A stretch of DNA of 63,844 nucleotides, filler included, from Octopus bimaculoides (taxonomy: Eukaryota): NCBI RefSeq assembly GCF_001194135.2. It is 6 parts of 6 records of this genome, joined end to end, with 100 filler letters (N's around TTAATTAATTAA, not from the genome) between each part and the next. Parts side by side here need not be neighbours in the genome. Positions count along the whole stretch, not along the records: positions 21,611 to 51,782 come from NC_068986.1; 5 more parts are not named here. The stretch is one strand, 5' to 3'. A program made the position numbers and the translations under genes. Under the pieces are notes generated by a model. It worked only from the letters and a program-made list of their open reading frames with translations. It was not told the origin of the DNA and did no database searches. This document shows positions 37,159 through 50,059 of this stretch, one piece after another. How positions within the stretch are numbered: the stretch's first letter is position 1; every line of letters begins with the position of its first letter.

Positions 37159-37193
<35 letters not shown>

Positions 37194-37393
37194 CACATAC
37201 ACACAAATATATATATATGTATATNNNNNNNNNNNNNNNNNNNNNNNNNNNNNNNNNNNNNNNNNNNNNNNNNNNNNNNNNNNNNNNNNNNNNNNNNNNN
37301 NNNNNNNNNNNNNNNNNNNNNNNNNNNNNNNNNNNNNNNNNNNNNNNNNNNNNNNNNNNNNNNTATATATATATACACACACAGCAAAAAATG

Positions 37394-37444
37394 CACAAAG
37401 TATTTCACAAAGTATTTCACAAAGTATTGCACAAAGTATTTCAC
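37394..37444 (+). repeat. 12-bp tandem repeat (CACAAAGTATTT) x4
   Basis: Directly visible. Confidence 0.9.
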
Positions 37445-37528
37445 GGAAAAAATCACATACAAGACGTGGATACTCTCGCTCTTCAGCTGTTATCGGTCAA
37501 TAATCCTCATAATTTCATGCCATTTTGG

Positions 37529-37583
<55 letters not shown>

Positions 37584-39382
37584 AATAAGTCGTGTGTGCA
37601 AAATACTGCTAACCTAAGAAAGAGTGAGTTTATTGCGGCTATTGGGGAAAGGGGGCAAGTCAATTACATCGACCCCAGTGCTCAACTCACATGATATTAA
37701 CATAAAGGTATAGTATCAAGTATATATGTAAACACACGCAAACATACACACACACAGACATCCGCTAGAATGTAATTAAATGTAATGGCAAAGAAGAAAT
37801 CGTGAGAAAAAAATTGCTGAAGTGAGACAAGTGAACAGAAGTCGCATGTATACTTAAAGACGCATAAATTCAAACACACAAAAGAAAACATTCGCTCGTA
37901 CATTTACGTACATTGAAGGTCGTTGGGCGTTTAAAAAACAGAAACGTGAAAACATATAGAGAGAATCAGGAAGCGGTAGTATCAAGAAACTGTATCATGT
38001 GAGAAAAAAAAATGATCAAGGTAGACTTATATACGCGGGTACAAAAGTACGCGGGTACACAGAGTGACTGGTGTCGTTAAATAAGAATTACGGTGTGTAA
38101 TGGAGGAAGGTGTTGCGTAGTCTACATTTGCATCATTTAATAAGTCCATCGTTTAAATTAATAATATTGTCTCCGCAATATATAACGAGCACTTATTATG
38201 ATAATCTTTATAGGAGTTCGCACGTTGAACGATCGACCATTTGATATTGTAGTCAACCAAATCCTTTTTTTTTTTATTAATTTCCAATTTATTTTAGGTG
38301 AAGATGTGTTAGGAGCTTTAGCTTCGGATCTAAATGTCATATTGTGCTTAATTATCAAGAGTTAAAGTTCCTGCAAGTAGCACCTATGTAAACGTATCTA
38401 ACCTAATTATTAATATCTACAAATTGATAAATAATATTGTTCATAAGACACTTGCAATCTAATGGACATGAGGAGGGACGTTTACAATTACAGAATCTTT
38501 TTTTCAGATCTGCGAGGGGTGTGGTTCAGGTTGTTGCGCTCGGAGCCGTTATCACTTTCACTGAAAACACTTCCAGTCTTATCACCGACAGGACTGGTAG
38601 CATTACCGAAGTTGTGATAAACGCTAATGCTGTTGTAATTCAGAAGGGTACCGTGCGCATGACCTGCACCATAATCACGCACATTTTGTTAAATGGAATC
38701 CGAATTGACCTGGTATTAACATACAGGATATCATCTATCTTTCCGATTTGATGAGTTACTGTGTACAAGCCTTGTTAACCTAAGTGCTAGGAGAATCAAT
38801 AAATCCTTTATTATTAACCCTACGTGTAGTATAAGCTATATTAGAAGTAGAGTAGTATGACATCTTAACAGAGTGGGGGTTAAAATTCTTCCTATACTTG
38901 CTAAACGTGGGGATGGGCTTCACTAAAGCGACCACAAAAATTTTGGGTAATCTACTTTGAATTTGAGATCTAAGGGTGATGGAACCAGATTACCTCCCTT
39001 TGTTAACATTCCTTTTCACTCTATAAGAGGTTCTGGATTTAGGGTTTCAGGTGATGGGTCCAGGACATCCCTAGTAGCTAAGAGTCCGAGTGCGTCTTTA
39101 TTAGCCGATTCAATAATGGATTTAATAATAGGTATATCATTATAAGAATTGTAAGGGCCATTTCTTACGATTTTCGTCACAAGTTTCCGTCTACCAAATT
39201 CACTCACAGGCCATTGGTCAGCCTGGACCTGTAGTAGAAGACACTTTCCCAGGGTACCGCACTGTGAGACTTGGCTGCTAGTTCAACTAATAAATTACTG
39301 GGGCATCAACAACATATTGTTTCAGTGTTACACTATATGAGAAGATGTGTCTCTCACTTAGCCAATATAGTATAATAGACAG

Positions 39383-39603
39383 ATACTGGTTTCAAATTTT
39401 GGCACAAAGCCAGCAAGTTCGTAGGATGGGTTAAGTCGATTATATTGATCACAGGGCTCAACTGGTACTTATTTTATCTACCCCAAAAGGATGAAAGGCA
39501 AAGTCGACCTCGTCGGAATTTGAACTCAGAACGTAAAGACGGACGAAATGCCGCTAAAGCATTTTGTCCAACGTGTTTACAATTCTGCCAGATCACCGCC
39601 TTA
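39383..39603 (-). mobile_element. SINE family B
   Basis: Reverse complement of the family B consensus (GGTTTCAAATTTTGGCACAA...GCAAAGTCGACCTCG...GAATTTGAACTC...CACCGCCTT). Confidence 0.85.
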
Positions 39604-40202
39604 TAATTAATAATAGACGGAAATTTACAGCTTGTATTCATGCACAATATCTTCATGGACACAAAAATACGGATTAGCTGGACTAGTTTTAGTCCTGTAC
39701 TGGGACTTCATCTGTGACTAAATTCCTTTCTTTAACTGTTTATTTCTCTTTCCGTGAAGACACTGCTTATAGATTCGCTATTAGTAATGGACTTCAATAA
39801 CGCGGATACACCAATTTGTATTTATTGCATATTCTTGGCAACAAAGGGTTAAATGACGACAATAAATTGAAGCACACTAACCAGTGAGGTAGTCTTTTAA
39901 CATGGCCGTTCAATCGCTTACAAATCACAGCCAAATCTCCTTTAATATTCTCTCTTCTTGCCTTTAATAAGATGAGTGTGCAGGAACAGAATTGACCTAG
40001 GGCTACACAACATCATCATCATCAACAACAACAACAACAACTATAATAACAACAGAAATTTCAACAATACCAACAACAACAACAACAAGTCAATGCATAT
40101 TACTCGATGTAGGAAGATCGTAGTTGTTGCTGTCGTTGTCGTCTTCATTGCTGTTGTTGTTGTTGTTTTTGTTGTTGTTGTTGTTGTTGTTGTTGCTGCT
40201 GC

Positions 40203-40234
<32 letters not shown>

Positions 40235-40510
40235 TCCACCAGAGTTATATGACCACAGATAATCAATAAGTTTTCCTTTACCCCTCGTTTCACTGTAACT
40301 ACGACCTATTGATATTTCATCGATACGGTTATGTGTTCAAAGCATTACACAGCTTTCTCTGTATGTGCGTGTGTGTTTGTGTGTATGTTTTTGTTTCCAT
40401 GTATGTGTTAGTCCGTGTGTATGTGTGAGAATGTGTATGTTTATGTTAGTGTATTGTACATGTATGTGTATGTATATTTGTAATTGTGTGTTTGTATATG
40501 AGAGATATTG

Positions 40511-40558
<48 letters not shown>

Positions 40559-40638
40559 CTTATGTGCGCGTCGTGTGTTGTGCGTATTCATACTCGTGTG
40601 TTTGTGAGTGTGTATATGTGTGTGCTTGTGTGTGTGTA

Positions 40639-40673
<35 letters not shown>

Positions 40674-41465
40674 TCGTGTTTCTCTTTTCTTTCTTCCTTG
40701 CTTTCTTTCTTTCCCTATTGCTTTCATTGATCTTCTTCTCTTCTTTTTTTCTCTTCTTTTCCTTCATATTTGCCAGTGTGTGATTGTATACGGACAGTAG
40801 AGGAGCGTGTGAGGGTATATGGAGGTGGGGGTAGGGTGGGGNNNNNNNNNNNNNNNNNNNNNNNNNNNNNNNNNNNNNNNNNNNNNNNNNNNNNNNNNNN
40901 NNNNNNNNNNNNNNNNNNNNNNNNNNNNNNNNNNNNNNNNNNNNNNNGCTTCTGTTCAATTGATCTGAACTAATATCATCTCAATACGATCAATGGATAT
41001 CCAATTGTGCTAAATCAATATGATATCACAGATACTGCCCAACTTCTGGTTTGCTTTTTCCCCACGCCCGCCCACCTTTCCACTCAACGACGCATTGTAG
41101 AAATAAACAACCAATAAATTCAATCATCGATACAAGTTCGATTCTTCAGTGATCAGTATCCATTTTAGTAAACACTTCACACATACACACACACTCACAC
41201 ACACCTACACATGCGCGCGCACACACACACACACACACATATACATACACACACGCATACACACACATGTACACACACAGCCTTTACACACATACTCATA
41301 AGCTATCGAAAGGACTCCTAAGCGTGTCGTTCGATTTACAAGAAATAGCAGCTACTTCTCCCTCACAGCACCGCTACAATCATAGAAGGACACACTGAAT
41401 TTTTGGTACAAAGAGGAAAATACATGATGGTCACAGCTGGAATGCTTCATATATATACATATATA

Positions 41466-42290
41466 CAGTACCGTACAAAAGTCTTCTGTCACTTTAAACT
41501 ATTGTAAATTTCTATTAATTACCAACCTATAAGTAGAAGTTTTGCTTTGCGTTTTTTACAATTGAAACATTGGCCCTGTTGGAGTCATTTCCACACTTAA
41601 TCATTATATTTTATTGTAGGAATGCTGAATGAGAAGGAAAGATGCGAGACGACCACCAAAAATCGCCATGCAAAACGTTTTCAGCCACCTCACAAAAACC
41701 AATCAAATACAGTGTTTTAAAACTTAAAAATGCCTATAATGAAAATTTATTACTTAATGTTCATTTCAACAAGTTACTGTACATTGTTAATATTTCGTGT
41801 GGCTTCCCTTAACTTAACCAATTGCTTCAATGCGCTTGAGTAGGGATGCGTACAAATCCTTCACCATCTTCACAGATATGAAATGCCATTCACTGTGGCT
41901 GGACTCCCACAACTCTTGAAGATTGAAGATCATCTTCTGATGATCTCTTCTCTTTAATTCTGTCCACATTTGCTCGATGATATTTAAGTCAGGGCTCTGA
42001 GCTGGCCAATCTTACAATATGGTAACACCTTCATCAGCCAGACTTTCTTGTGCTTCACGCAAGCTGTGGGCATGAAGCTCCGTCATGCTGTAAAATCTCA
42101 CCTTCATCCAAGTCTGGTATCAAATTGCCCTCCAGCAACTAGACGTATGTGGCACTATTCAAGTTACCATCAATTTTAACCAACTTTCTTGAACCATCAC
42201 TTTTTATGTATCCCCTAAGCATCAGACTCTTACCCTCAAACTTCACTGTTTTCGTCGTGTAACGTGGGTCGTTTTGCTTTCTAATGTGTA
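41466..42290 (-). mobile_element. Tc1-like transposon relic, 3' half
   Basis: TA|CAGTACCGTACAAAAG terminus. Minus frames give GSRKLVKIDGNLNSATY, EILQHDGA and WPAQSPDLNIIEQMWTELK, with frameshifts and stops. Confidence 0.85.
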
Positions 42291-42609
42291 AGAATTTGTT
42301 AGAAGGCCTCCAGGAAACATCAACCTTTAAGCTAGTATATATATNNNNNNNNNNNNNNNNNNNNNNNNNNNNNNNNNNNNNNNNNNNNNNNNNNNNNNNN
42401 NNNNNNNNNNNNNNNNNNNNNNNNNNNNNNNNNNNNNNNNNNNNNNNNNNNNNNNNNNNNNNNNNNNNNNNNNNNNNNNNNNNNNNNNNNNNNNNNNNNN
42501 NNNNNNNNNNNNNNNNNNNNNNNNNNNNNNNNNNNNNNNNNNNNNNNNNNNNNNNNNNNNNNNNNNNNNNNNNNNNNNNNNNNNNNNNNNNNNNNNNNNN
42601 NNNNNNNNN

Positions 42610-43654
42610 GTAGTGATGATGGTGAAAGATATTGACTCCTTACTTGTTTTTCTAAAATGCACCATAAATGTTCAATAATATTGAGACCTGGGGACTGTGG
42701 TGGCCAGATAAGATGTTCAACTTCACTAGAACGTTCCTCGTGCCATTCAGTAACAACTTTAGCTGTGTGAATTGGTGCATTATCATCCTGATAGATTGCG
42801 TTTCCCTCCGGAAACAGTTCCACAACCACAGGATGAATTTGATCAGATAAAATGCTTAAATAGTCTTGACTATCAATTCTGCCATGAATGGTAACCACTG
42901 AACCGGCGGATTTCCAAGATCATCACAGATCCTCCTCCATGTTTAACAGTTGGAAGAAGGTAGTCTTTTGGCTGTTTCCACGCGCATATTCGGCCGTTGG
43001 TAGGAAATAAGGTAAAAGATGACTCGTCCGAGAAAATAACATTCTTCCACTGCTCTAGGAACCAATTCTGTAGGTTTTTACTCCACTCTAAACGCTTTGC
43101 AACGTTTTTGAAAGTAGTGGTTTTCTGATTGCAGCCCTTCTGTGAAATCCGGCTATGTGCAGCTCCCGGAAAACAGATTTTGTGGAAAATGGGTTCTCGA
43201 GGTGGTCATTAAGCCCTGCAGTAAATTTGGGAGATGTACTTTTGTGATCCTTTCTAGCAATTCGTGTAAGAGTCCGACGGTCCCTATCTGAAAGTTTTGG
43301 TTTTCTTCCGGAGTTTTATTTTGATGAGGAGGTTTTTCCCTTTTTCTCGAAGGCTGTTACTACTTTCGAGACAGTACTTCTTGATACACCATTTCGGCTG
43401 TTTTCATTACGCTAGTGCCTGCCATATGAGCATCAAGAATTTGACCTCTTTGAAAGTCCAATAGGTCTGTCATTTTAATGAATTTTAATTACCTTTTTCT
43501 GATGATATCTGAAAAGAAACTGCAATTTTAGCAAAACATATTAACCAACACAATAATAAATCAAAAAACATAAAAATAAACATGCTTTTGACGGATTTAT
43601 AGATATTTCAAAATTATGATGCTATGATGATAGGTATTTCCATTATTTTATCCA

Positions 43655-43656
<2 letters not shown>
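42610..43656 (-). mobile_element. Tc1-like transposon relic with DD36E spacing (Incomer-like)
   Basis: ATG at 43473 (MTDLLDFQRGQIL), IFSDESSF (D at 43026-43028), YQDDNAPIH (D at 42782-42784), WPPQSPGLNIIEHLW (E at 42671-42673); 36 codons between D and E. Frameshifted; 3' end lost in a gap. Confidence 0.88.
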
Positions 43657-43685
<29 letters not shown>

Positions 43686-44409
43686 CACTGACTCTAACTA
43701 CTGCATACATACACGCATACATGCAAAAATATCATATAGATGTTGCTGAACTTCCAATGAAGAGGGCTTCGATCTAGGTTAGAAACCGGCTCCTTCTCTA
43801 TCGGTATGAAATCTTGAAATAAAACTGAATAACGAAATACATATATATATATATGCCTTGTGCTTGTTTTTTATGTATATATGTATATATGTATATATGT
43901 ATATATATAATATATATATANNNNNNNNNNNNNNNNNNNNNNNNNNNNNNNNNNNNNNNNNNNNNNNNNNNNNNNNNNNNNNNNNNNNNNNNNNNNNNNN
44001 NNNNNNNNNNNNNNNNNNNNNNNNNNNNNNNNNNNNNNNNNNNNNNNNNNNNNNNNNNNNNNNNNNNNNNNNNNNNNNNNNNNNNNNNNNNNNNNNNNNN
44101 NNNNNNNNNNNNNNNNNNNNNNNNNNNNNTGTATATGTATGTTTGTATATTTATAAGATTAAGATTAATGTAATATAAAGCTGAAGCAAATTAACACCAA
44201 ATATACAGTGCGTGTGTTTTTATTGGCTAAACTGGCAATATGACCGTCCCCAAGTACAACAATATATATATATATATATATACATACACACACACACAAT
44301 ATATATATGTATGTATATGTGTGTTTGTATATATGTGTGTGTGTATGTGTGTTCTTTTATTATTTTACTTGTTTCAGTCATTTGAAACAGATTGACCAGA
44401 TTCAGAGAG

Positions 44410-45225
44410 ATTGACCTTGAACTCTGCCGTGCATGAGCACTGAGTTTTAACGTTCTAGCTCACTTCCGTTGTTTACAGCAGTGCTTGGAAGGAAGGTGTG
44501 TATCGTGTGATCGTCGCATTAACCATGACAGAGAAAATTGTCATGGGGATACCTGCTCAGAGGCCTACGCAAATTTGTAGAAAGTGTATGGAGAGGAGTG
44601 TATGAGCTGCACATAAGTGAATGAGTGGTTCAGACGTTTCCAAGATGGCCGTAAACATGTCGATAGTGACGAACGTTCTGGGAGACCCACAACCAGCAGA
44701 ACTGCGAACGACATCGCAGATGTGCATGCAGCTGTGAGAGGAAATCGTCGAATCACCATCCATGAGTATCAGAGGATGTGCAGATTAGTTACGGTTCAAT
44801 GTAGTTCATTATCATTGAAGATTTGGGTGTGAGATGCATGTCTGCCAAGTTTGTACCAAACTGCTTTCAGCTAACCAAAAAGACACTTAGGTTTTAGTTG
44901 CTCAAGATCTTCTTGATTGTCTACAAAACGATGAAAGCTTTTTGAAAACTTTGCATATGCTTCTGAACAAGTATTATTAAGCTTTTGGCAAAATTTGATG
45001 CAGATTTTCTGCTCGAATTTCTCTGTTGTGGTCATTGCGGTGATCACACGCTACACACCTTCCTTCCAAGCACTGCTGTAAACAGCAGAAGAGAGAGCTA
45101 GAACGTTAAAACGTAGTGCGCATGCATAGCAGGGTTGAAGATCAATATTTACCAAGCGGCTTCACTCTGCATGCATTAGCTTCGTTACAATGGCAACAGT
45201 CCGGATACTTATTGAACATACTACC
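44410..45225 (+). mobile_element. Internally deleted mariner-like element with long inverted repeats
   Basis: Start MTEKI at 44525; EWFRRFQDGRKHVDSDERSGRP and RGNRRITI HTH motifs; catalytic domain missing. 44410-44539 is inverted at 45016-45146; right terminus GTCCGGATACTTATTGAACATACTACC|TA. Confidence 0.85.
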
Positions 45226-45233
45226 TATATATA

Positions 45234-45609
45234 TAGCAGCATTTCGTTCGTCTTTACTTTCTGGGTTCAAATTCAGCCGAGGTCGACTTGGCCTTTCATC
45301 CTTTCGTGGTTGATAAAATAATACGTACCAGTTGAGTACTGTGGTCGGTGTAATCGATTTACCCACTTCCACCGAACCTGCTGACCTTGTGCCAGAATTT
45401 GAAACCTATAAGGCGGTGAGCTGGCAGAACCGTTAGTATGCCAGGCGAAATGCTTAGCGTTATTTTGTCGGTCTTTATGTTCTGAGTTCGAATTACCTTT
45501 CATTCTTCCGGGGTCGATAAAATAAGTACTAGTTGAGCACTGGGATCGATGTACTCGACTTAAAGCCCTTCCCTGAACTTGCTAGCCTTGTGCCAAAATT
45601 TGAAACCAT
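45234..45609 (+). mobile_element. Head-to-tail pair of SINE family B
   Basis: A 5'-truncated copy ends GAATTTGAAACCTAT and is immediately followed by AAGGCGGTGAGCTGGCAGAACC. Confidence 0.85.
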
Positions 45610-45749
45610 CATGTTTAATAAGTTTAATATGTTTCACAAGTTATCTGTATACTATCAATAGTCATGCAGTGTATTTTGTTGATATATTAGGAAGAATTGG
45701 GGTAGTGCATAACTTAATCCGCAATGGATTTAATGTGATTTGTACATGT

Positions 45750-47870
45750 CTTTGTATTGGTCAATATGGTACCAGTAATTGCAGATAATGTGTTTATACG
45801 CTTTATGGTGCTTTAGATCTTCGAATACCGAAGTATTGTGTGTGTTTCAGTATTTTTGCATTTATATATTTGTTGTTTAGATCACTGTTTGGTTGTAATT
45901 GATGCTCTCCAGCATTGCTAGTGAGGAGGATGATGGCAGATTTGGAAAATGCTACAGTAAATTTATTGTTCTTGGAGCCAGATTTCTAGATGATATTTGT
46001 GAGGATGGAATCGTTGAGCAACCGTATCTGGGTGGCAAGAAGTGAAAAGATCGTAGATGTTATGAAGGTGGGAGTAGGGGAGTTAGATCCTCATGCTATT
46101 CCATTCAGGAAGTTTGAAATTCTGGGTTTGTTATTGTTATTGTTGCGTTCAACAATACAGAGGCTTGTCGATCTGAAAGTTGGTTTGGCACCCCAGCATC
46201 TTGTGCTGTCTTTCAAGAAAGAGTTGAGTACAGATGCGGACCGACTTTTCGGACACTGATGATCAGGAACCTCCTATGATGTACACTAATTCACGAGCAG
46301 AAACCCCAAATACCTGCGGCCGCCAGATTATTTCACTGCTCCCTTGCACAATGCAGTATTAATTAAACTTGTATTATTTATATAAATGTAGAGGTACCTG
46401 CATTTCATTTAATTATTTATGCAAATTTAATATTTGTTTAATTTAAGGCACTGAGCTGGTAGAGTAGTTATCACGCCGGGCAAAATGCTTAGCGGCATTT
46501 CGTCTGTTTTTACATTCTGAGTTCAAAATCCGTTGAGGTCGACTTGGCCTTTCATTCTTTCGGGGTCGATAAAATAAGTACCAGTTAAGCACCAGTGATT
46601 GACTTATTCCCCTCCCCTCTCTCCCCCACCGAAATTGCTGGTTTTGTGCCAAAATTTGAAACCAGTGTTTGCTTAATTTAGAGGTGACCATCCCTGGTAC
46701 ATAAAAATCAGTATTCCAGAAAAGCTTTGGAACCACAGATTCCCGAAAATCGATGTTGTACCTATATTTTATTTATAAGTAGGTAGCAAAAAAGGAGTCC
46801 AGACTTTAGCTGTTGTTAATGTTAGATATAGAATAGTAATAATGCGTGGTGGAGGTGAATTAAATCTGACTTGTATGTTTGTCCAGGTCTATACTAAGTC
46901 CCTTTCCAGATATCATCATTTGTCATGATCACTTAAATAGTCTATTATATTTTTTTGTCTGTCTCACAACATTGTGAAGAACAAAAGGTGTGTACTGCGA
47001 ACCCCACACCGCGGTGCCGCGGTGCTGCGGTGCCAAGGTATCGCCTTTTGGCACTCCACTTATTATCACAAACTTTTCGAGTAGGTCTCTGTTGATTTCT
47101 ACCATTTGATTTCAGTCTGTCATGAAATCAATGATTCATATGTGTAACTGCCCTACTATGCTAACGTTCCATAGCTTGTGATGTTAGATTCCATTGTGAA
47201 CCATATACCAGACTCTTCAGAAATTGGTTCTGATGATGTAGAAGTTTTGTCTGACAATTTCTTCCCTGCCACGTTAGGTGCTGTTTAAAAAGGTTTCTAT
47301 TGAACGAAATATCTTATTACCTCTCTATGTATGATTCTTCCTAAGACTTTTGTAAAGTGGATTGTGACAGTTATCTGTATGCAACAATATTATTATCATT
47401 TCAACATTTCCGATGAAAGTTCGTCATCTAATATTTTTAGAGTATTCCTGAGTATTTTCAGAGGACTAGCAAGGCTAACGGCTGACTTTATTATATATGA
47501 TGTTATTGCTTTGTTGAAGAAGTAAATCTTTTAAAATAACATATTTATTACTTAAGGATTTTTCAATAAGTCAGATTAATTTGGTATAGAATTATTTAGA
47601 TGATACAATAAATACAAGATGATGCAGGATGGATTTTAGTAGTACTTAGAGGCCAATCGGTGCTAGAGCCGAATTTGTGCCAAGATAGATTATTGATTCT
47701 ATTATGTTCTGTTCTATTAAGTTTATATGTGTTAACTTGATATAAGTTGTCTAGTAGAATATATCAGTTGTTTCCAATATGTCTCTCTCTCCTTAGCTGG
47801 GAAAAGATACTCTCCTGTTGTTCTTTAAGCAGAAGGCAAATTCGTGAAGGCTCATCCGTGTATTTGTGAA
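45750..47870 (-). mobile_element. Highly degenerate CR1/L2-like LINE ORF2 relic, interrupted by SINE B (46444-46665)
   Basis: Minus frames: FTKVLGRIIH (RT domain 1-2 like), HKLWNVSIVGQLHI*IIDFMTD*NQMVEIN...ISGVPKGDTLAP (domain 3-4 like), IYCSIF and AMLESI near 45900-45960. Boundaries approximate. Confidence 0.6.
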
Positions 47871-47986
47871 CCATACATTGAAGCAGACTGATTTTCTTTA
47901 CAAAATTCGATATTCACGTGCATAGCAATGGAAATCCTTTTGGATCTGCCTTTCGACTGAGAAACTTCTTAAAAAGCTCAAGAAAA

Positions 47987-48264
47987 GCGCAGGCATAGCT
48001 ACGTGGTAAAGAAGCTTGCTTCCCAAGCACATGGTTCTGGCTTCAGTCCCACTGCGTGGAACCTTGGGCAAGTGTATTCTAATATAGCTTCGGGCCGAAT
48101 AAAGCCTTTTGAGTGGATTTGGTAGACGGAAACTGAAAGAATCCCATCGTATACATACATACATATATATATATATTTATATNNNNNNNNNNNNNNNNNN
48201 NNNNNNNNNNNNNNNNNNNNNNNNNNNNNNNNNNNNNNNNNNNNNNNNNNNNNNNNNATATATA

Positions 48265-48300
<36 letters not shown>

Positions 48301-48553
48301 TATATGTATATACGTATGTACATATGCTTGTGCGTGTGTCTTTGTGTTTGTATTTTCCCCCTCCCCACTATCGCTTGACAACCAATGTTGACGTGTTTAC
48401 GTCTCCGTAACTTACCAAAAGAAACTGACAGAATAAGTACTAGGCTTACAAAGAATAAGTCTTGGGGTCGATTTCTTCGACTAAAACCCTTCAAGGAGGT
48501 GCTCCAGCATGGCCGCAGTCAAATGACTGAAACAAGTAAAAGAATAAAAGAAT
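47987..48553 (+). mobile_element. SINE family A, full-length, gap inside the central TA block
   Basis: Head, N-gap within (TA)n, 3' domain and (ATAAAAG)n tail. Confidence 0.88.
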
Positions 48554-49824
48554 ACAAAGTTGTGTAATAACGATTGGATCAGAAAAATGGTGTTAAAAGC
48601 AAAGGGAGAAGGATGAAGGGGGATATTTAACGGTAAAAAAGTAAATAAGTAACTCGGGAGAAAGAAATGCAGTCTGAAAGGACACATTTGATTAAATGGA
48701 ACCATTTAGCGTTGCTGTTTGTACACTGATTATTTGGCAAGGCTGTCTGAGTATTCAAGCTGTTTCGATTACAGTACTTTTTGGCACTTATGGAAAACAT
48801 TCACACACATGCACGCACGCACGTTCAAAAATATACACATATACATAGACTCCTTCATCCTTTTGCCCCTTACACTATGTTTTTCCTTAACACTACTTAG
48901 CTTTCTCTCATTTAATTTTTTTAATTCTCACTCCATTCATAATTACGCAACTTTTCATGGGGTTCTCATGAGTGACAGAGAAGAGAGAGGGAGACATTGT
49001 AATTTATTAATTTAATTCGATTAGCATAAACACATTCCCTCTCCTTATGCACATAAAGAGAGATATGCGCACACACAAAAACAGAGAGAAAGAGAGAGAA
49101 AAGCACAGAGAAAGAGAAAGAGAACGAACGAGAAAAAGATAAGAGAGAGAACGACAGAAACATTAAAGGGTCTGTTGTCAAATAAGTCAGCGTCGAATCA
49201 GTGACGTCAAATAATCAATGCCAATACGGCTGTGCCGAAATGTCTCAGACACACATTTGAAATATTGAGAGTAACATGACTGGTTAAAATGCCAAAAATA
49301 GCTGAGATAAAAGGCACCCAAAACGAATGATCGTTGGAAAGGTAGAATTCAGTGAAAAGTGGCTTTAAATGAAATACATGAGCGGAAAATAAGACAGAGG
49401 GGGAAAATATATCTACATAGGGAGAAATATATATATTTCGTTAGTGGGATGTGGTTCAGGGAAGCAGGATCTGTAAATAGGAAATAAAGGGTAGTTAGTT
49501 TTAGTGTCGTATATAAGCAACTTGGAGCAATGAAGAATTTTAAATGTATGAGGGTCTTAGAATGATGTTTGCATGAAAAAAAAAAGGGGTTTCTAATTTT
49601 TCTGATATGCAATGTTGAAAAAGACTTCTAGTATAAAATTAAAATTTGGCGATCCTTCAGTAAGTTCTGGTTGTGTAAGAAGTTTGCTTCACGGCCACAC
49701 AGCGTAGCATCGTGGACAAGTGTCTTCTACTATGACCGCGGGCCGATCAGTTCCTTGTGAGCGAATTTACAATATGAAGATTATCGTATATTTGCGTTAG
49801 TGTGTGCGTGCGTAGTGCGTGCGC

Positions 49825-49867
<43 letters not shown>

Positions 49868-50059
49868 GTGTGTGTGTGTGTGTTGTGTGTGTGTGTGTGC
49901 GTGCGTGCGTGCATATTTATGTGTGTGCATCTATGCTAATGCATCTTTGTGTTTGTGTTGCGTTGTTTGTCTCCCACCACCGCTTGGACAACCGGCGTTG
50001 GTTTGTTTTGCGTCCCCGTAACATTAATTACTGGCCCTTTTCGTCTACGCAGACGATCA

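Noticed and set aside
38957-39180. ORF pair here and similar sequence at 57977-58110
   Set aside because: Weak mutual similarity suggests an old repeat, but the family cannot be assigned; not called as a gene.
43754-43791. Hammerhead-like CCAATGA...GAAACCGGCT
   Set aside because: Two core changes, no clean stem II and no stem I. At most a remote relic.
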